A stretch of 64,000 bases of DNA, taken from a virus. This document shows, piece after piece, positions 45,217 through 55,745 of the stretch. The position numbers were made by a program, and so were the translations under genes. The notes under the pieces are model-generated. The model was not told the origin of the DNA and did not search any database. It worked only from the letters and a program-made list of their open reading frames with translations. Every line of letters starts with the position of its first letter. The stretch's first letter is position 1. The stretch lies in IMG/VR virus record IMGVR_UViG_3300036828_000142, positions 8,423-72,422 of that record. The stretch is one strand, 5' to 3'.

Positions 45217-48200
45217 GCGGACGGCTGCAACTCAAAGACGCCCTGAAGTCCCACGGCGAGCAGATCACCCGCCGCCACAAGTCCGTCCGCCGCGCGAACG
45301 TCACCGGGATCAACCCGCTGACGGTGGAGCTACAGGACCACGACGTGCCGCTGATCGAAGGCGAGGACTTCGAGCTGTCGCAGTGGGCCGAGGCGTACCA
45401 GACCTCCGTGAAGCTCGATGTCGGCGACGTGGTGCTGCTGCACATGGAGGAGCACGACTGGGTGCTGCTCGACATCGTGTCCGACAAGGACATCGGCACC
45501 ATCGGCGGCAGCGGCAACGGCAAGACCGGACCGACAGGGCCAGCGGGCCCACGCGGACCGACCGGCGACCAGGGGATTCAGGGATACCAGGGAGCGACGG
45601 GACCGACCGGACCCGCCTCGAACGTCCCCGGTCCCACCGGACCAACGGGTCCCGGCTCGACGGTCCCAGGGCCCACGGGCCCAACCGGACCGACCGGCGG
45701 CACGGGACCGCAGGGCAACATCGGAGGAGGCTGGGCGGAGGTCAGCGGCACCCCACCAAACCCCAACACGCCCAACCCGGCCCCACCGATGGGGTACCTG
45801 TGGGTTGACTCCGCCGAGGCCGTCCAGACCGGCGACACTGGGCCCACAGGACCGACTGGGCCAACGGGTCCTCCGGGGACGCCGGGCACGGCGGTGCTGA
45901 TGGACAAGTGGCATTACGTCGGCGGGACGGGCGAGCCGACGTTCCAGAACGGCTGGACGAACTACAGCGGCTTCCAGTCAGCATCGTTCCGCAAGTACCC
46001 GGACGGCACGGTCCTGGTACGAGGGCTCGTGCAGAGCGGCACGGCCGCACCGTCGCTGATCTTCACCCTGCCGACCGGCTACCGCCCGCTGGGACGGCAG
46101 ATTTTCGTCAACGACGCCAACTCGGACGTGCACGCCCGTGTCGATGTGGACGTGACCGGCGCGGTGACCTGGATGTTCGGCGGCACCAACGCCTACGTGG
46201 CGATCAACGCCTACTTCGACACCGAGTCGGTCACCTCGTGGCTGACCGGACCCCCAGGAGCGACCGGAGCGACCGGACCTGCCGGGCCGACCGGCGCAGC
46301 CTCAACCGTGCCCGGACCAACGGGACCGACGGGTCCGACTGGAGCTACAGGCGCGATGGGACCGGCCGGACCGACCGGCGCAGCTTCGACAACGCCCGGT
46401 CCTCCCGGACCGACCGGCGGACCCGGACCGATAGGCGATACCGGACCAGCGGGACCAGCAGGAGGCCCGACAGGCCCGCCAGGGGGGACGGGACCTGCCG
46501 GACCCACAGGACCAACGGGTCCAACGGGGTCGGTTGGTACGTCCTACGCCGCACGACTTACTAGAAGCGCGAGCATCACCACCTCGGCCAATGTCTGGCA
46601 ACGAGTTCCGTTTGACGCGACTGATTTCGATAGCACCTCGTCCGTGCAGATTGCTAACAGCCGGTACGTCTGCCCAATAGCCGGGACATACGACGTGACT
46701 GTCACCGTTGGAGTCGGTGCGACAGGAGGCTCCCCGAATACGGTCGTGGCCGCTCTGTACAAGAACGGCGCACTTGACTCGTTCGGCACCCAACAGCAGG
46801 CTGCCAGCACAAACCAAACGATCTCGGCTGTCTACGCAGGCAGCACGCACTGCAACGCGGGGGATTACCTCGAAGGGTGGACGTACACCAACGCCGCGCT
46901 CCCGCTTTACACCGGCGGCTACACGCACATGGAGGTGGCGCTCACGAGCGGCGGCGGACCCACCGGGCCGACCGGCCCGCCAGGACCAACCGGACCGGCG
47001 GGCACAGGCACCACGGGCATCTCGGGCGCGTACGTCGAGGTGGTCGCCGTACCGCCTGACGCCAACAACCCGAAGCCCGCCCCGCCAGAGGGGTATCTGT
47101 GGCTCGACACGTCCGACGTTGCCGCGACCAGGCCGGTGTACGACACCGACCAGATCGGGACCGTCAAGTCGTTCAGCGGTCAGACGATCCCGGTGAACTG
47201 GCTGCTCGCCGATGGAAGCTCGCTGCCGCGCGGCAGCTACCCAGACCTGTTCGCCGCTATCGGCACCACCTACGGGTCGGTGGACGGCACGCACTTCAAT
47301 CTGCCTGACCTGCGCAACCGGTTCATCTACGGAGCGAACACTCTGAGCGCGGCAGGCGGGGTGGGCGGCGAGACGACGCACACGCTGTTGGCGAGTGAGG
47401 TGCCCTCGAACTTCGCTTCCAGCGCGCAGTCAGTTTGGAACGCCATATCAGGGGCAGCGCCCCCAGCGGGATCGACCTACTGGTACCCGTTGGTGCCCGC
47501 TGCTAATGGGGTGACTCAGGGCGGCGGCGCGGCGCACAACAACCTGCCGCCGTACGTGCTGATGGCGCAGATCATCAAGGCCACCGGGGTGCAGCTCGAC
47601 TCGGGCTCCGCGCTCGTTGGAGCGACGGGGAAGCGCGGGGCGATTTGGTACATGTACAACGGCACCGGCACGCCGTCTGCTGGCACGTTCGCGGGGGAAC
47701 TTGACGGGGATTGGTGCATCCGCAAGACGGACGGGGAGAACTTCGAGCGCGTCGGCGGCGTGTGGGTAGACCAGGGGTTCACCAACCGGACCACGGCAAC
47801 AGTCTCAGCGGCGCGGGCCAACCACCAGGCAGCGTTCACGATCTCTACTGCGAACACCTGGATGAAGGTTCCGCTCGACACGTTGCAGTTCGATACCACG
47901 GGCAGCAGCATGGTGCAGCTATCGAACGGACGGATCGTCTGCCCCGTGGCTGGCTGTTATCAGGTCGAGGGGCAACTGATGATCAACAACGCAGCAAGCA
48001 GCGGGAATCGTGTCCTGGTGGGGGTTGGAAAGAACGGCACGGTATTGAGCGAGGCCGGAGCTACTCCTCCGGCTGGGTGGATGGACCCGTGCGTCGCTGA
48101 TGTGGTTCAGTGCAACGCGGGCGACTACTTTGAACTGTTCGCGTACGCGAACACCGCCGGTACAGCGCTTTACACCGCTGCTGGGAACACGCAGGTCAAC

Positions 48201-48692
48201 TACTTGTCTGTCGCGCTGATCTCGGCAGGACCAGGGCCGCAGGGACCGCAGGGACCGCAGGGCACCATGTACTCAACGCAGCGCGTCCTCGGCAAGAGCG
48301 GCGCTTTGCAAAACGTCACGTTCGACGCAACCGTGTCTGACGGAGCAGGTGGCCTGATGCAGTTGTCGATCACACCCACCATCCCGGTGTGGTGGGAAGT
48401 CTCGGGCCAGGTTGGCTACGTGCTGAAGGTGGACGCTGCATACAACTACCTGTGCGGCTCGCTGAACCTGTCGCCCACCGACCAGGACGGGCAGTCCGCG
48501 ATGTACCAGTACGTCGAGCAGCACAACTCGGTCAACAAGTTCGAGGGTCGTTCGGTCACGCACCTCTATCGGCTGTCGGCTGGGACGACCTACACCGTGG
48601 CCCTGAGGCTCGGTAACTCCGACGGCGGGACTTGGCAGTATTACTCAGGCCCATCGCAGCTCTTGTTGACCGGGAAGGCGTGGGCACAGTGA
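45213..48692 (+). CDS. Spike-like N-terminus (XkdR/DUF2577-like) fused to a collagen, C1q-like and tail-collar fibre
   Basis: VTGINPLTV..LDVGDVVLL..WVLLD; GPT runs; two C1q-like domains; collar GTVKSF..WLLADG..YPDLFAAIG..FNLPDLR. Confidence 0.8.
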   Translation: MSGRLQLKDALKSHGEQITRRHKSVRRANVTGINPLTVELQDHDVPLIEGEDFELSQWAEAYQTSVKLDVGDVVLLHMEEHDWVLLDIVSDKDIGTIGGSGNGKTGPTGPAGPRGPTGDQGIQGYQGATGPTGPASNVPGPTGPTGPGSTVPGPTGPTGPTGGTGPQGNIGGGWAEVSGTPPNPNTPNPAPPMGYLWVDSAEAVQTGDTGPTGPTGPTGPPGTPGTAVLMDKWHYVGGTGEPTFQNGWTNYSGFQSASFRKYPDGTVLVRGLVQSGTAAPSLIFTLPTGYRPLGRQIFVNDANSDVHARVDVDVTGAVTWMFGGTNAYVAINAYFDTESVTSWLTGPPGATGATGPAGPTGAASTVPGPTGPTGPTGATGAMGPAGPTGAASTTPGPPGPTGGPGPIGDTGPAGPAGGPTGPPGGTGPAGPTGPTGPTGSVGTSYAARLTRSASITTSANVWQRVPFDATDFDSTSSVQIANSRYVCPIAGTYDVTVTVGVGATGGSPNTVVAALYKNGALDSFGTQQQAASTNQTISAVYAGSTHCNAGDYLEGWTYTNAALPLYTGGYTHMEVALTSGGGPTGPTGPPGPTGPAGTGTTGISGAYVEVVAVPPDANNPKPAPPEGYLWLDTSDVAATRPVYDTDQIGTVKSFSGQTIPVNWLLADGSSLPRGSYPDLFAAIGTTYGSVDGTHFNLPDLRNRFIYGANTLSAAGGVGGETTHTLLASEVPSNFASSAQSVWNAISGAAPPAGSTYWYPLVPAANGVTQGGGAAHNNLPPYVLMAQIIKATGVQLDSGSALVGATGKRGAIWYMYNGTGTPSAGTFAGELDGDWCIRKTDGENFERVGGVWVDQGFTNRTTATVSAARANHQAAFTISTANTWMKVPLDTLQFDTTGSSMVQLSNGRIVCPVAGCYQVEGQLMINNAASSGNRVLVGVGKNGTVLSEAGATPPAGWMDPCVADVVQCNAGDYFELFAYANTAGTALYTAAGNTQVNYLSVALISAGPGPQGPQGPQGTMYSTQRVLGKSGALQNVTFDATVSDGAGGLMQLSITPTIPVWWEVSGQVGYVLKVDAAYNYLCGSLNLSPTDQDGQSAMYQYVEQHNSVNKFEGRSVTHLYRLSAGTTYTVALRLGNSDGGTWQYYSGPSQLLLTGKAWAQ

Positions 48693-51600
48693 GCCCCGTC
48701 CTCAAATACTGGGATGCGGCGAGCAGTGCGTACCTGCCCGTCAGCATCGCGGGACCACCCGGACCGACCGGGCCGATTGGACCTCCGAACATCCAGGGGG
48801 TGCTGACCGACCCGTCGCAGCTTCCGGCGAACGGCAACACTGGTGACGCCTACGTGGTGCTCCGCACCGCTCCGGGCGGCCCAGGACCTACGGGACCGAC
48901 CGGACCAACAGGACCTCCTGCGACCGTTGCGGTCACGGCCGCGCGGGGGTACCGGAACACTGCGTTTACGCTCGTGGCGAGCGGGAACAGCTACATACCG
49001 TTGGACACGGCGAGCTTCGACACGGGCGGGATGCTCGACCTGCCGAACGGACGCATCGTCGCGAAGGTCGCGGGCTACTACGCGGTTGAAGCGAATCTCT
49101 ACTTCTCTGCCGCTGCCAGCGGCTGCGTCGTCACGATAACGAAGAACCACGCCCAACAGATGACGGTAGGCGTGAATACGCCAGGGCAGGTTTCCTCGAC
49201 TGCGGCCGATGTCCTTTACCTCAACGCTGGGGATTACCTCGAACTGAGCTGCTACAACCAGGGCGCTGCGGTAGCCGTAACGAACGTTGCTGGCGGCAAC
49301 TACCTCGCGGTGACAATGATCACCGCAGGCGCGGGACCGGTAGGCCCGACCGGAGCGACAGGGGCGACCGGGCCAGCCGTCACCCCGCCGTCGGTCGTTG
49401 CAGCACACGCCTACCGAGCCGCTGCGTACACGCTGACCTCCCAGGCGTGGCAGGCGATCCCGCTTGACACCAAGGCATACGACACCGGGAACAACTTCAA
49501 CACGGCCACCGGCAAGTTCGTCGCTCCGGTGGCGGGCTACTACCTGTGCACCGGGATGGTGGGGTCCACGCCGGGTACGACGGGAATCCTTGTCGGGCTT
49601 CAGCTCAACTCGACCACGCCTGCTACTCGTGGCTCGGCCGCAGCCGCTGTTGGTGCCCCGCTCGGGATCATGGCGGGCAACGTCGCCGAGGTGATCCACT
49701 GCAACGCGGGGGATACGCTCGCACTGGCGTGCTTCCCGGCGGCAGGTGACGTGCTCTACAGCGGGACTGCTGCCACGTACCTGACGGTGGTGCTGATCAC
49801 CGCTGGTGCGGGACCCACCGGACCCGTCGGACCAGCATCGACGGTCCCAGGACCTACTGGTCCCTCGGGGCCTACCGGTCCAGGAGCTAGCGGGCTGAAG
49901 CTCGTGCGGCCAAACGCCAACTACCTGGCGCGACCGAACGATCTCGTGGTCCCGAACAGCAGCATCACCGTCACGCTCCCCGACGACACGAGCAACGGCG
50001 GGTCCGGCACGGTGCCAGACGGGGCGATCATCCAAGTGGTGGGCAACTCCGACTACGGGCAGTGGATCTCGCTGGCGGTCGAGGGTTACAGCGGGATCTA
50101 CGGCCCCGACAGTGCGCCGATCAACTACCTGCAAGGCCGGTGGTCGCAGAGCTACACGTTCCTGTATTCCCTCAGTGACGCGATGTGGATGGTGCTCGAC
50201 ACCACCGTGCCCGCGATGGGTGTTGCGCAGGTGCAATCCCCGGCAGGAACGGGAGCGGCCGTGCAGGCTCGCGTCGGCGACTTGGTGATGCCTCGTGGCA
50301 CGGGTGCGACTGTGACGCTGCCGTCGGGCGGGACGGTCGCTGGCTACACGACGGCGTACACGGGCTCGGTGGTCGAGGTCGTTGCGCTCGCGGACAACGT
50401 GCCTGTCACGCCCGCGCGATCCAACGACCCGCTGGTCCTGCTCGACGGCACCATCTTGCCTGCGGGCGCGGCGTACACGGTGCCGATGGGTACGAGCGCG
50501 ACCTTCCAGTGTGCTGCTGGCTGGGGTCGCTGGCAGGTCGTGAGGCAATCACAGCCGCCCGTGTCGTTCGGTATGACCGCACCCAACCCCCGGAACGGGT
50601 CCACGGTATGGGTGCAAGGGCAGCCAACCGCTCTGTCGGCGATCCAGACCATTGGTGCGAACTCGGCCAGCGGTACGTCCGTATCGTTGGGCACCCACCA
50701 GCCGGGGGACATGATCATCATGGTCGCGCGGCGGGCGAACAACACGCCGCCAACGATCCCGGCTGCGGGCGGCACCGTGCCGCCGTGGACGCAGATTTTC
50801 GGGGCTACCGGCGTGAACACCCTGAGCCACGTCGTCGCCTTCACGATTGCGACAGCCAGCAACCATACGTCGGGCACGTGGACGAACGCGGCCAACGTCG
50901 GGATGATGGTGTTGCGCGGCAACCGTGCGCTGAGCATCGGGGCGAGCGCCTCGGGCTCGGGCGCGACTTCCGCCGTCACCTTCCCAGCGCTGACGTTGCA
51001 AAGAGCCGACGGCACATCGTGGGGTCTGCGTATCCACAACCGGGCCGGGACCGGTAACACGATGGTGAACCCGCCTGCGCCGTGGCTGAACGTGTGGACG
51101 CAGCCTTCCGGTTCAAGCGCCCTCCTGGGACTGTGGGTCGCGGCACCGATCAGCGCCAACCCGACCGCCGACCTGGTGACGGGCGGGTCGAACGCTGCGT
51201 GGGAGGCCGACACCATCGAGATCCTCGTCGCGCCGCCACCGACACCGCCCGTGCCGGTGCTCAACCTGTGGGATGGGCTGAAGTGGGAGGTGGCGTCGCC
51301 GTCCGGCACAGCGAGCGGCGACCTGGGTGGAAGCTACCCGAGCCCGACGCTGGCGATTCCCCGCGCCAGATCAAAGACGCTCTCCATTCCGGCTTCGATG
51401 ACGAATGGCAGTGTGACCGTCACGACTTCGGGGTGGACGCTGGGCAACGGCATGGCGGTCAGCGGCAACGGCATCGCAGTTCCACGCGCCGGTTATTACA
51501 GAATCTGGGGCCAAGTCACGATTGCACCCGTGGCTTCGGGTACTGGTGCCTACATACAGCTCACACCACAACTGAACGGAGCCAACACCCAAGATGGCAT

Positions 51601-51766
51601 CGGCACAATGGCGCTCACCCCGAACACTTCATACGCCAGCGTGACCTGTTTCGATGAGGTCCACTGCAACGCTGGCGACGTGCTGACGCTCCAGTTCACC
51701 AACGCAACGGGTGTAGCGCTCAACTCAAACGGCGGCGTGTTTGTCGCGGAGTATGTGGGGCAATGA
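48689..51766 (+). CDS. Collagen/C1q-like multidomain tail fibre
   Basis: Three C1q-like domains (e.g. FDTGGM..NGRIVAKVAGYY; YDTGNNFNTATGKFVAPVAGYY) with GPT linkers. Confidence 0.8.
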   Translation: MSPVLKYWDAASSAYLPVSIAGPPGPTGPIGPPNIQGVLTDPSQLPANGNTGDAYVVLRTAPGGPGPTGPTGPTGPPATVAVTAARGYRNTAFTLVASGNSYIPLDTASFDTGGMLDLPNGRIVAKVAGYYAVEANLYFSAAASGCVVTITKNHAQQMTVGVNTPGQVSSTAADVLYLNAGDYLELSCYNQGAAVAVTNVAGGNYLAVTMITAGAGPVGPTGATGATGPAVTPPSVVAAHAYRAAAYTLTSQAWQAIPLDTKAYDTGNNFNTATGKFVAPVAGYYLCTGMVGSTPGTTGILVGLQLNSTTPATRGSAAAAVGAPLGIMAGNVAEVIHCNAGDTLALACFPAAGDVLYSGTAATYLTVVLITAGAGPTGPVGPASTVPGPTGPSGPTGPGASGLKLVRPNANYLARPNDLVVPNSSITVTLPDDTSNGGSGTVPDGAIIQVVGNSDYGQWISLAVEGYSGIYGPDSAPINYLQGRWSQSYTFLYSLSDAMWMVLDTTVPAMGVAQVQSPAGTGAAVQARVGDLVMPRGTGATVTLPSGGTVAGYTTAYTGSVVEVVALADNVPVTPARSNDPLVLLDGTILPAGAAYTVPMGTSATFQCAAGWGRWQVVRQSQPPVSFGMTAPNPRNGSTVWVQGQPTALSAIQTIGANSASGTSVSLGTHQPGDMIIMVARRANNTPPTIPAAGGTVPPWTQIFGATGVNTLSHVVAFTIATASNHTSGTWTNAANVGMMVLRGNRALSIGASASGSGATSAVTFPALTLQRADGTSWGLRIHNRAGTGNTMVNPPAPWLNVWTQPSGSSALLGLWVAAPISANPTADLVTGGSNAAWEADTIEILVAPPPTPPVPVLNLWDGLKWEVASPSGTASGDLGGSYPSPTLAIPRARSKTLSIPASMTNGSVTVTTSGWTLGNGMAVSGNGIAVPRAGYYRIWGQVTIAPVASGTGAYIQLTPQLNGANTQDGIGTMALTPNTSYASVTCFDEVHCNAGDVLTLQFTNATGVALNSNGGVFVAEYVGQ

Positions 51767-53808
51767 GCAGCGGCAATCTATACGTGGGGGATCTCTACAT
51801 CCGGGAGGGTGGCACCTGGCAGGAGGCCGGGCTAATCCAGGGCGGACCTGGACCGTCTGGACCGACTGGGCCGACGGGACCGGCCGGTCCGTCGAGCCTG
51901 GGGCTGTCCTATGCGGCCAGGGCGTACCGCGCGGGGGCGTTCACAGTGAGCACAGGCAGCGCCTGGACCGCCATCCCGGTGGACACCATCAGCCACGACG
52001 CCAACGGCTGCATTGCCACCAACAACGGCTGGTACACATGCCCGGTGGCCGGGGTCTACGACGTGGCCGTCAACCTATACATCAACACTCCTGGCACGAC
52101 CTACGTCAACCAGGCGGTCGGCATCTTCCTGAACGGCTCTGTAGTCAGCATGTTCAACATCGACGTAGCGATGAGTTCGTACGGCGGACTGAGTCATTCC
52201 GACAAGATCAAGTGCAACGCGGGCGACCGCCTGCAACTGGCGGCGTTCATCTCGTCCGCACCACAGGCACTGCTTATCAACGGGGCCTGCAACTTCCTGT
52301 CCGTGTCGCTCGCGAGCGGCGGCGGACCCACTGGACCCACCGGACCGGCGGGAGGGCCAGCAGGCCCAACGGGACCGACAGGACCGACCGGCCCGGCTGC
52401 AACGACGACCGCCGCGCGGGCGTATCGCCAGGCGGCGTTCACCACCACCGCAAGTTGGACGAAGGTGCCGCTGGATACCGCCAGCTTCGACACCCAGGGC
52501 AACATGCTCAACCTCGTGAACGGCCGGATCGTCTGTCCGGTGGCAGGCATCTACGCGGTGGACGCGAACCTTCTCGTCCCAACCAGCGCTACCGGGACGT
52601 ATACCAACATCGCTGTCGGGATCAACAAGAACGGCAGCCAGATCGCGCAGAACTACTCCACGCCTGCGATTGCGAACTTCGGGTCAGCAACGATCTCGGA
52701 CAAGGTTCAGTGCAACGCTGGGGACTACCTCGAACTGTTCGTAATCGACTCGCAGGGCGGCGCGCTATGGCAAGGCTCGCCAGCGAACTACCTGTCCGTC
52801 GCGCTGCTCACAGCGGGGCAAGGACCGACAGGACCAGCGGGACCGGCGGTAGGACCAACAGGCCCGACTGGACCGACTGGGCCGACGGGTCCGCCAGCGA
52901 CCGTCACAGTCACGGCGGCGCGCGCATACCGGAACGCGGCGTTCACGCTTCCTGCTGGAGCGTGGACGAAGATTCCGCTGGACACTGCCAACTACGACGT
53001 GGCCAACAACATGCTGAACCTTGTCAACGGCCGATTGGTGTGTCCGACGACAGGGCTCTACGACATTGCTGCTATGGCCCAGCTAAACATGCCGGGGACC
53101 GCCACGCAAGTAACTATGGGCGCTGCGATCTACAAGAACGGTGGCGTGGTTACGGAGTCGGCGTCCATCGTCACGATGTCGGGCTACGCAACTGCTGTTG
53201 TCTCCGACAAGATCCAGTGCAACGCAGGGGATTACCTCGAACTGTGGGCGTACAACCAGCAAGGTCTGGGTGTCGGGGCCTATACGATGACTACGTTCCT
53301 CGCGGCGGCGCTGATCACAGCGGGCGCAGGACCGCCTGGCCCGCCGGGACCGCCCGGTGGGGTGCAGCCAGCGATGAGGATGACGCTTGCGAACAGCATG
53401 GCGATAGCGCTGAACGTCGCGACGATGCTTGCGTTCGACACTCCCGGTTGGGCGCAGGGCGGAATGATCCGCTCGCCGAACGGTGGCTTCATCGTGCCGG
53501 TCGCTGGGGTCTACCAGGTCATCTGCAACATGCTCTGGAACACAGACATCGCGACTGGGCGCGTGGACTACATGATCGTCAACTACACCCAGCAGGGGCT
53601 GGCTGGTGGCGACGTATCCAGCGCCTTTGGCGGCGGCGGCATTTTCGCTCACGTCAACGGCCAGTATCAGTCGAGTAGTTTCTCCGGGCTCGTACAAGCC
53701 AACGCGGGCGATGTGCTCGGCGTGGTGCTGATGAACCGTGCGGGGGCGGGGACGATCTACGGCGTCGGTAACTGGACGATGGCGCACTGTGTCCGAGTGA
53801 GCAGCTAA
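51763..53808 (+). CDS. Tail fibre with four tandem collagen/C1q-like units
   Basis: Repeated AARAYR...P.DT..D...NG...CP..G.Y...CNAGDYLEL. Confidence 0.8.
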   Translation: MSSGNLYVGDLYIREGGTWQEAGLIQGGPGPSGPTGPTGPAGPSSLGLSYAARAYRAGAFTVSTGSAWTAIPVDTISHDANGCIATNNGWYTCPVAGVYDVAVNLYINTPGTTYVNQAVGIFLNGSVVSMFNIDVAMSSYGGLSHSDKIKCNAGDRLQLAAFISSAPQALLINGACNFLSVSLASGGGPTGPTGPAGGPAGPTGPTGPTGPAATTTAARAYRQAAFTTTASWTKVPLDTASFDTQGNMLNLVNGRIVCPVAGIYAVDANLLVPTSATGTYTNIAVGINKNGSQIAQNYSTPAIANFGSATISDKVQCNAGDYLELFVIDSQGGALWQGSPANYLSVALLTAGQGPTGPAGPAVGPTGPTGPTGPTGPPATVTVTAARAYRNAAFTLPAGAWTKIPLDTANYDVANNMLNLVNGRLVCPTTGLYDIAAMAQLNMPGTATQVTMGAAIYKNGGVVTESASIVTMSGYATAVVSDKIQCNAGDYLELWAYNQQGLGVGAYTMTTFLAAALITAGAGPPGPPGPPGGVQPAMRMTLANSMAIALNVATMLAFDTPGWAQGGMIRSPNGGFIVPVAGVYQVICNMLWNTDIATGRVDYMIVNYTQQGLAGGDVSSAFGGGGIFAHVNGQYQSSSFSGLVQANAGDVLGVVLMNRAGAGTIYGVGNWTMAHCVRVSS

Positions 53809-53818
53809 AGGAGATCGC

Positions 53819-54475
53819 ATGATCCTCGCCCAACTCGACCTCGATCAAGACCCGGCCGTGGTTCTGGTGCTCTACGACTACGCGAACGACACTCCGCCGT
53901 CGAACATGGTCGAGCCCGAATACGTGGACGTGACCGACGTGAGCCCGATGCCGCAGCCGGGGTTCACGTACGACGGCGAAACGTGGACTCCGGGGGTTCC
54001 GCAACAGCGAGCGGACAACCGCGACTCCATCGAGAACGAGCTGCGCAAGGAGCACGCAGCCAACGAAGCGTTCCTCGTCTTGGAAGCGCCCACCAGCGAC
54101 GAGCTGGCCGCGCAGGTGACCGCGCTGACGGTGCAGTGCCAGGGGTTCATCCGCACCTCGTTGCAGGAGTACGACGAAACCGTTCCGCCGCCAGCGCGAG
54201 TTCCCGGCGAGCGCGCTCTCGATTCCGTGAGCCCGAGCGAAGGTCCAGCCGCAGGCGGTACCGAGGTCACGCTGCGCGGCTCCGGGTTCACGAACATTGG
54301 CGGGGTCAGGTTCGAGGGAGTCGGGCAGACGGGCTGGGCGTGGTCGTTTGAGGTTGTTGACGACGAGACGATCACGTGCCCCACGCCGCCGATGCCGGTC
54401 GGAACGGTGGACGTGATCGCGTTTGACGGCGATCCCGGTGACGCGGTGCTGGAGAACGGGTTCACATACACATGA
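53819..54475 (+). CDS. Fibre chaperone-like N-terminus plus IPT/TIG domain
   Basis: VDVTD..P.PQPGFTYDG; VSPSEGPAAGGTEVTLRGSGF...GFTY. Confidence 0.75.
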   Translation: MILAQLDLDQDPAVVLVLYDYANDTPPSNMVEPEYVDVTDVSPMPQPGFTYDGETWTPGVPQQRADNRDSIENELRKEHAANEAFLVLEAPTSDELAAQVTALTVQCQGFIRTSLQEYDETVPPPARVPGERALDSVSPSEGPAAGGTEVTLRGSGFTNIGGVRFEGVGQTGWAWSFEVVDDETITCPTPPMPVGTVDVIAFDGDPGDAVLENGFTYT

Positions 54476-55272
54476 GCCCCGTAATGAAATACTGGGACGA
54501 GAACGCCCAGGCGTACGTCGAGCTGGGGCTACGCGGCGTTCAAGGTCCGCCAGGTCCCGCAGGTGACGCGATCCCAGCGGGGCACATCATGGCGTTCGGG
54601 GGCGTGTCTCCTGCGACCGGGTGGCTGATGTGCGACGGCTCGGCGGTGCTGCGCTCCGCGTACCCGGCGCTGTTCGCCGCGATCTCCACTCGGTTCGGCG
54701 CGGGCGATGGCTCGACCACGTTCAATCTGCCGAACCTCCAGGACCGCGTGCCGGTCGGTGCCAGCGGCACCAAGGCGGTCGGGTCTACGGGGGGCGAATC
54801 GGCGCACACGACCACCATCACCGAGTTGCCCTTGCACAGCCACAACGGGGTGACGGCTGGTGGTACGACCGGCGGCGGCACGTCGGGCAACACCGACGTG
54901 GACCACTACCACGCGGGCACCACCAACGCCGCCGACCGCAGCCTCGCGCACGACCACACGCTCGGCAACAACGCCTGGGCGACCCTGTTCGACCGGGTTG
55001 TCGGCTCTGGCAACTACGCGCAGCTCCAGACCGTCAGCGGCGGCGCTGCCTGGTGGAGCGGCGCGAACTGGACCAACGGACAGTCCATCTCAATCGACCA
55101 CCTCCACTCGTTCACGACGAACTGGCAGTCGCAGCAGTACGCCACGAACAACCACAGCCACTCGATCCCCGGCCTGTCGGTACCGGGGCTTGGTATCGCT
55201 GCGCAGGGGGGTGGCGCGGCCCACAACAACATGCAGCCGTACGTCGCGATGAACTACGTCATCAAATACTGA
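54472..55272 (+). CDS. Tail-collar domain fibre protein
   Basis: PAGHIMAF..GWLMCDG..YPALFAAI..GDGSTTFNLP; HxH repeats; HNNMQPY. Confidence 0.85.
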   Translation: MSPVMKYWDENAQAYVELGLRGVQGPPGPAGDAIPAGHIMAFGGVSPATGWLMCDGSAVLRSAYPALFAAISTRFGAGDGSTTFNLPNLQDRVPVGASGTKAVGSTGGESAHTTTITELPLHSHNGVTAGGTTGGGTSGNTDVDHYHAGTTNAADRSLAHDHTLGNNAWATLFDRVVGSGNYAQLQTVSGGAAWWSGANWTNGQSISIDHLHSFTTNWQSQQYATNNHSHSIPGLSVPGLGIAAQGGGAAHNNMQPYVAMNYVIKY

Positions 55273-55285
55273 CTGAGGAGCCCGA

Positions 55286-55744
55286 ATGCCCAACCTCTAC
55301 TACGTCGGGATGCAGCTCTTGGCCGACGACCCGGATGCGCTGCTTGAACGGCTGTCGGCGCTGACCCTCGAAGATGGCGAAGGGATCACCTCGATCACCC
55401 AGCAGCCGGAGAGCGTCCCGGTACCACCCCACCTGTCGCCCATCGTGCCGCCGCCGCCGCCGCTGACCGGACGGACCCTCAGCCTGGTGAACCCGTCCGA
55501 AGGCCCGGTCAGCGGTGGCATCACGATCACGCTGCATGGCAGCGGCTTCACGGGCATCGGCGGTGTTCGCTTCGAGCGCGGCGGGCAGACCGGCTGGGCG
55601 GATGCGTTCGAGGTCATTGACGACCAGACGATGACTTGCAACACCCCGCAAATGTCGGCTGGTCCGGTCGATGTGATTGCGTTCGACGGCGACCCTGGCG
55701 ATGCGGTTCTTGCGAACGGGTTCACCTACATCGAGGAGGCATGA
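55286..55744 (+). CDS. IPT/TIG domain protein (paralogue of 53819)
   Basis: VNPSEGPVSGG..GSGF..GGVRFE..VDVIAFDGDPGDAVL.NGFTY. Confidence 0.75.
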   Translation: MPNLYYVGMQLLADDPDALLERLSALTLEDGEGITSITQQPESVPVPPHLSPIVPPPPPLTGRTLSLVNPSEGPVSGGITITLHGSGFTGIGGVRFERGGQTGWADAFEVIDDQTMTCNTPQMSAGPVDVIAFDGDPGDAVLANGFTYIEEA

Positions 55745-55745
55745 A

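Noticed and set aside
45520-53360. GGACCGACCGG-type short repeats as a CRISPR array or DNA-level repeat system
   Set aside because: They are in-frame Gly-Pro-Thr codons with wobble variation; there are no constant repeats with unique spacers
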